Of a DNA stretch of 64,000 nucleotides, positions 62,336 through 64,000 are shown in pieces. Both the position numbers and the translations under genes were made by a program. The notes beneath the pieces are model-generated. The model saw only the letters and a list, made by a program, of their open reading frames with translations. It ran no database searches and was not told the DNA's origin. Position 1 is the first letter of the stretch; every line of letters starts with the position of its first letter. The DNA lies in the NCBI RefSeq assembly GCF_009914755.1, contig NC_060926.1; one strand, given 5' to 3'. The DNA is from the human T2T-CHM13v2.0 reference genome, Homo sapiens.

Positions 62336-64000
62336 ACTGCAGCAAAGACGGAGCCTCTATTTGAGGGGTAAAAAAGGAAAAAGATTAAAGCAAACAAACA
62401 GGAAAACTTAAAGAGATAACATTATATACTTTCAAGGTGACATCTTACCAGAACACTGCACTCAAAGATGCAAAAGCTTGCTTAACGAATTGATTTTCAA
62501 GGAAAATGTCCTCAGGTCACCCAGGCCATAAGAAAGTCCCATAAGGAAGACCTTAGCAGCATTGTGGGAACCTCTTAGGGGTGCCCTCTGTCAAGGGGGA
62601 AGCCGCCGCCCTCATGGCAGCCCTGTCTCCATGCTGCTGCCGGGCTGGGAATCATCTTGTCTACCCCTTCAATGGGAACCTACATGGTTCCTTTGCTGTC
62701 CTTTAAAAGTCTCACTCCTCAGCCTGGCTTGGTGCCTCTCTATGTGACATCTCACTCCTCCCCCAGTACCTGCTGGCCTCACTGCCCCGCTGTCCTCACC
62801 ATGCCCCCAACCCTCATCGAGCATGTCCATCTTAACTCAGCCTTCCACTGGTCCTCTCCGGAGATTTTTCTCCATCTTTGAAGACCCCACCATGTCCCAT
62901 GGACTGGAGCAAAGCATTTTAGACCTTCTTCAATCACCATGGTGTCTCCCTCCCTGACCTCAGGTCACTGTGACATTGTTATTTCATTGAGAGGTATGTG
63001 TTGTGCTTTTGTTCCTGCAAGATTTTGAGGCCCCCTTGAGCACAGATCAACTGTGGAATCATAGACCACTAGGGCTAGCAGTCTTGTCAGGCATGATTCA
63101 TCCAACACCTCATTTTGTAGATGAGGACACCAAAGGCAGTCCAGGTGGAATATGTTTTCTTTTGTATCCCCTGTGACTTCCTGCATAGGATGGGTACTTA
63201 GTAAATGCTCAATAAATACCGAGCCCATCTGTTTGGATCCAGCCCTGCTCCATAATTTACTATGAAATCTGTGATACAAGCTTTTGTCAAGAACTCATTT
63301 TAATTGACCGTATTAACAATAAACACAAAATAAGAGAAATTCCACTTTAAGAAACTCTAATATGCTAGCTTCCTAAACCAGATGAACTAACATGAATTAT
63401 TCATTTTAAAAGCTGAGCTCCTTTAAATAGCTCCTATAGTTATGATAAGATTGGATTTGAACACTTTGAATGTAAATTGAACTTTTCGGCCACATTATGA
63501 AACTGTAGAGAATAGGGTGCTCTTGTACCTCACTTGCCTTGCAAACAAAATGGATCCTTTTAGGAGCTCAGAGGCCAACAGATTTGTCTCTGAATCTGAA
63601 CTGTACTTGAAGAGTCATCATCAAACCCAGGCTGGCCAGAAGCATGGGCAGCTAGAGGCAGGGATGTGGACCTGAACGCTGGGGAGCTGGGTCTCCAGAT
63701 AAAAAGGTGGGAGGCAGCTGGGTCAGAATGGGGCCCTACTCAGCTGGGGTACTGCTCACACACTTGCTCAAGCATTGCAGCAACAGGATTGCCTCCTCAA
63801 GGGAGGCTCCGGCTGAACACGCTCCCCTCTTCTTTCCTTGCCTGTCTCTTGCCTATCCTGGTCTTTCCTGGTGTCCTCCTCTCTCTATTCCCAGGCTCTG
63901 TTCTCTTTTCTTTTCCCTCTCCCTCGTACCCTCCTCTCCCTCACCCTCTCTCTGTGACTATGTATGGGAGATGGGAAATAACCATGTAACAGTGTTTAAC

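Overview
Primate genomic DNA (human-like; AluJ, AluS and AluY subfamilies are all present) that looks intergenic or deep-intronic. I can support no protein-coding gene. The supplied ORFs are short and many use GTG/TTG starts. They come from Alu, low-complexity or unique non-coding sequence, except a few disrupted LINE-1 ORF1/ORF2 remnants. Interspersed repeats dominate: about 20 Alus, MIR, L2, MaLR/ERVL LTRs and hAT/Tigger DNA transposons. A ~19 kb LINE-1-dominated block at ~30-48.8 kb contains a near-full-length dead L1MC. Best observations: (1) a TSD-flanked retro-insertion made of an Alu right arm, 164 bp of non-repeat sequence, AATAAA and poly(A) at 35993-36342; (2) a tailless 5S rRNA retropseudogene with a 17-bp TSD at 45162-45200; (3) an unassigned element with inverted ~15-bp subterminal repeat arrays at ~36.6-37.9 kb; (4) a 107-bp tandem duplication carrying AP-1 sites with reciprocal CpG decay; (5) a five-element nested transposon stack; (6) repeat-free islands rich in homeodomain/FOX/GATA motifs that look like distal enhancers. 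I found no convincing novel multi-gene system and could not identify the locus. Repeat subfamily names come from recalled consensus sequences and need RepeatMasker/Dfam confirmation. Boundaries of old repeats are approximate.
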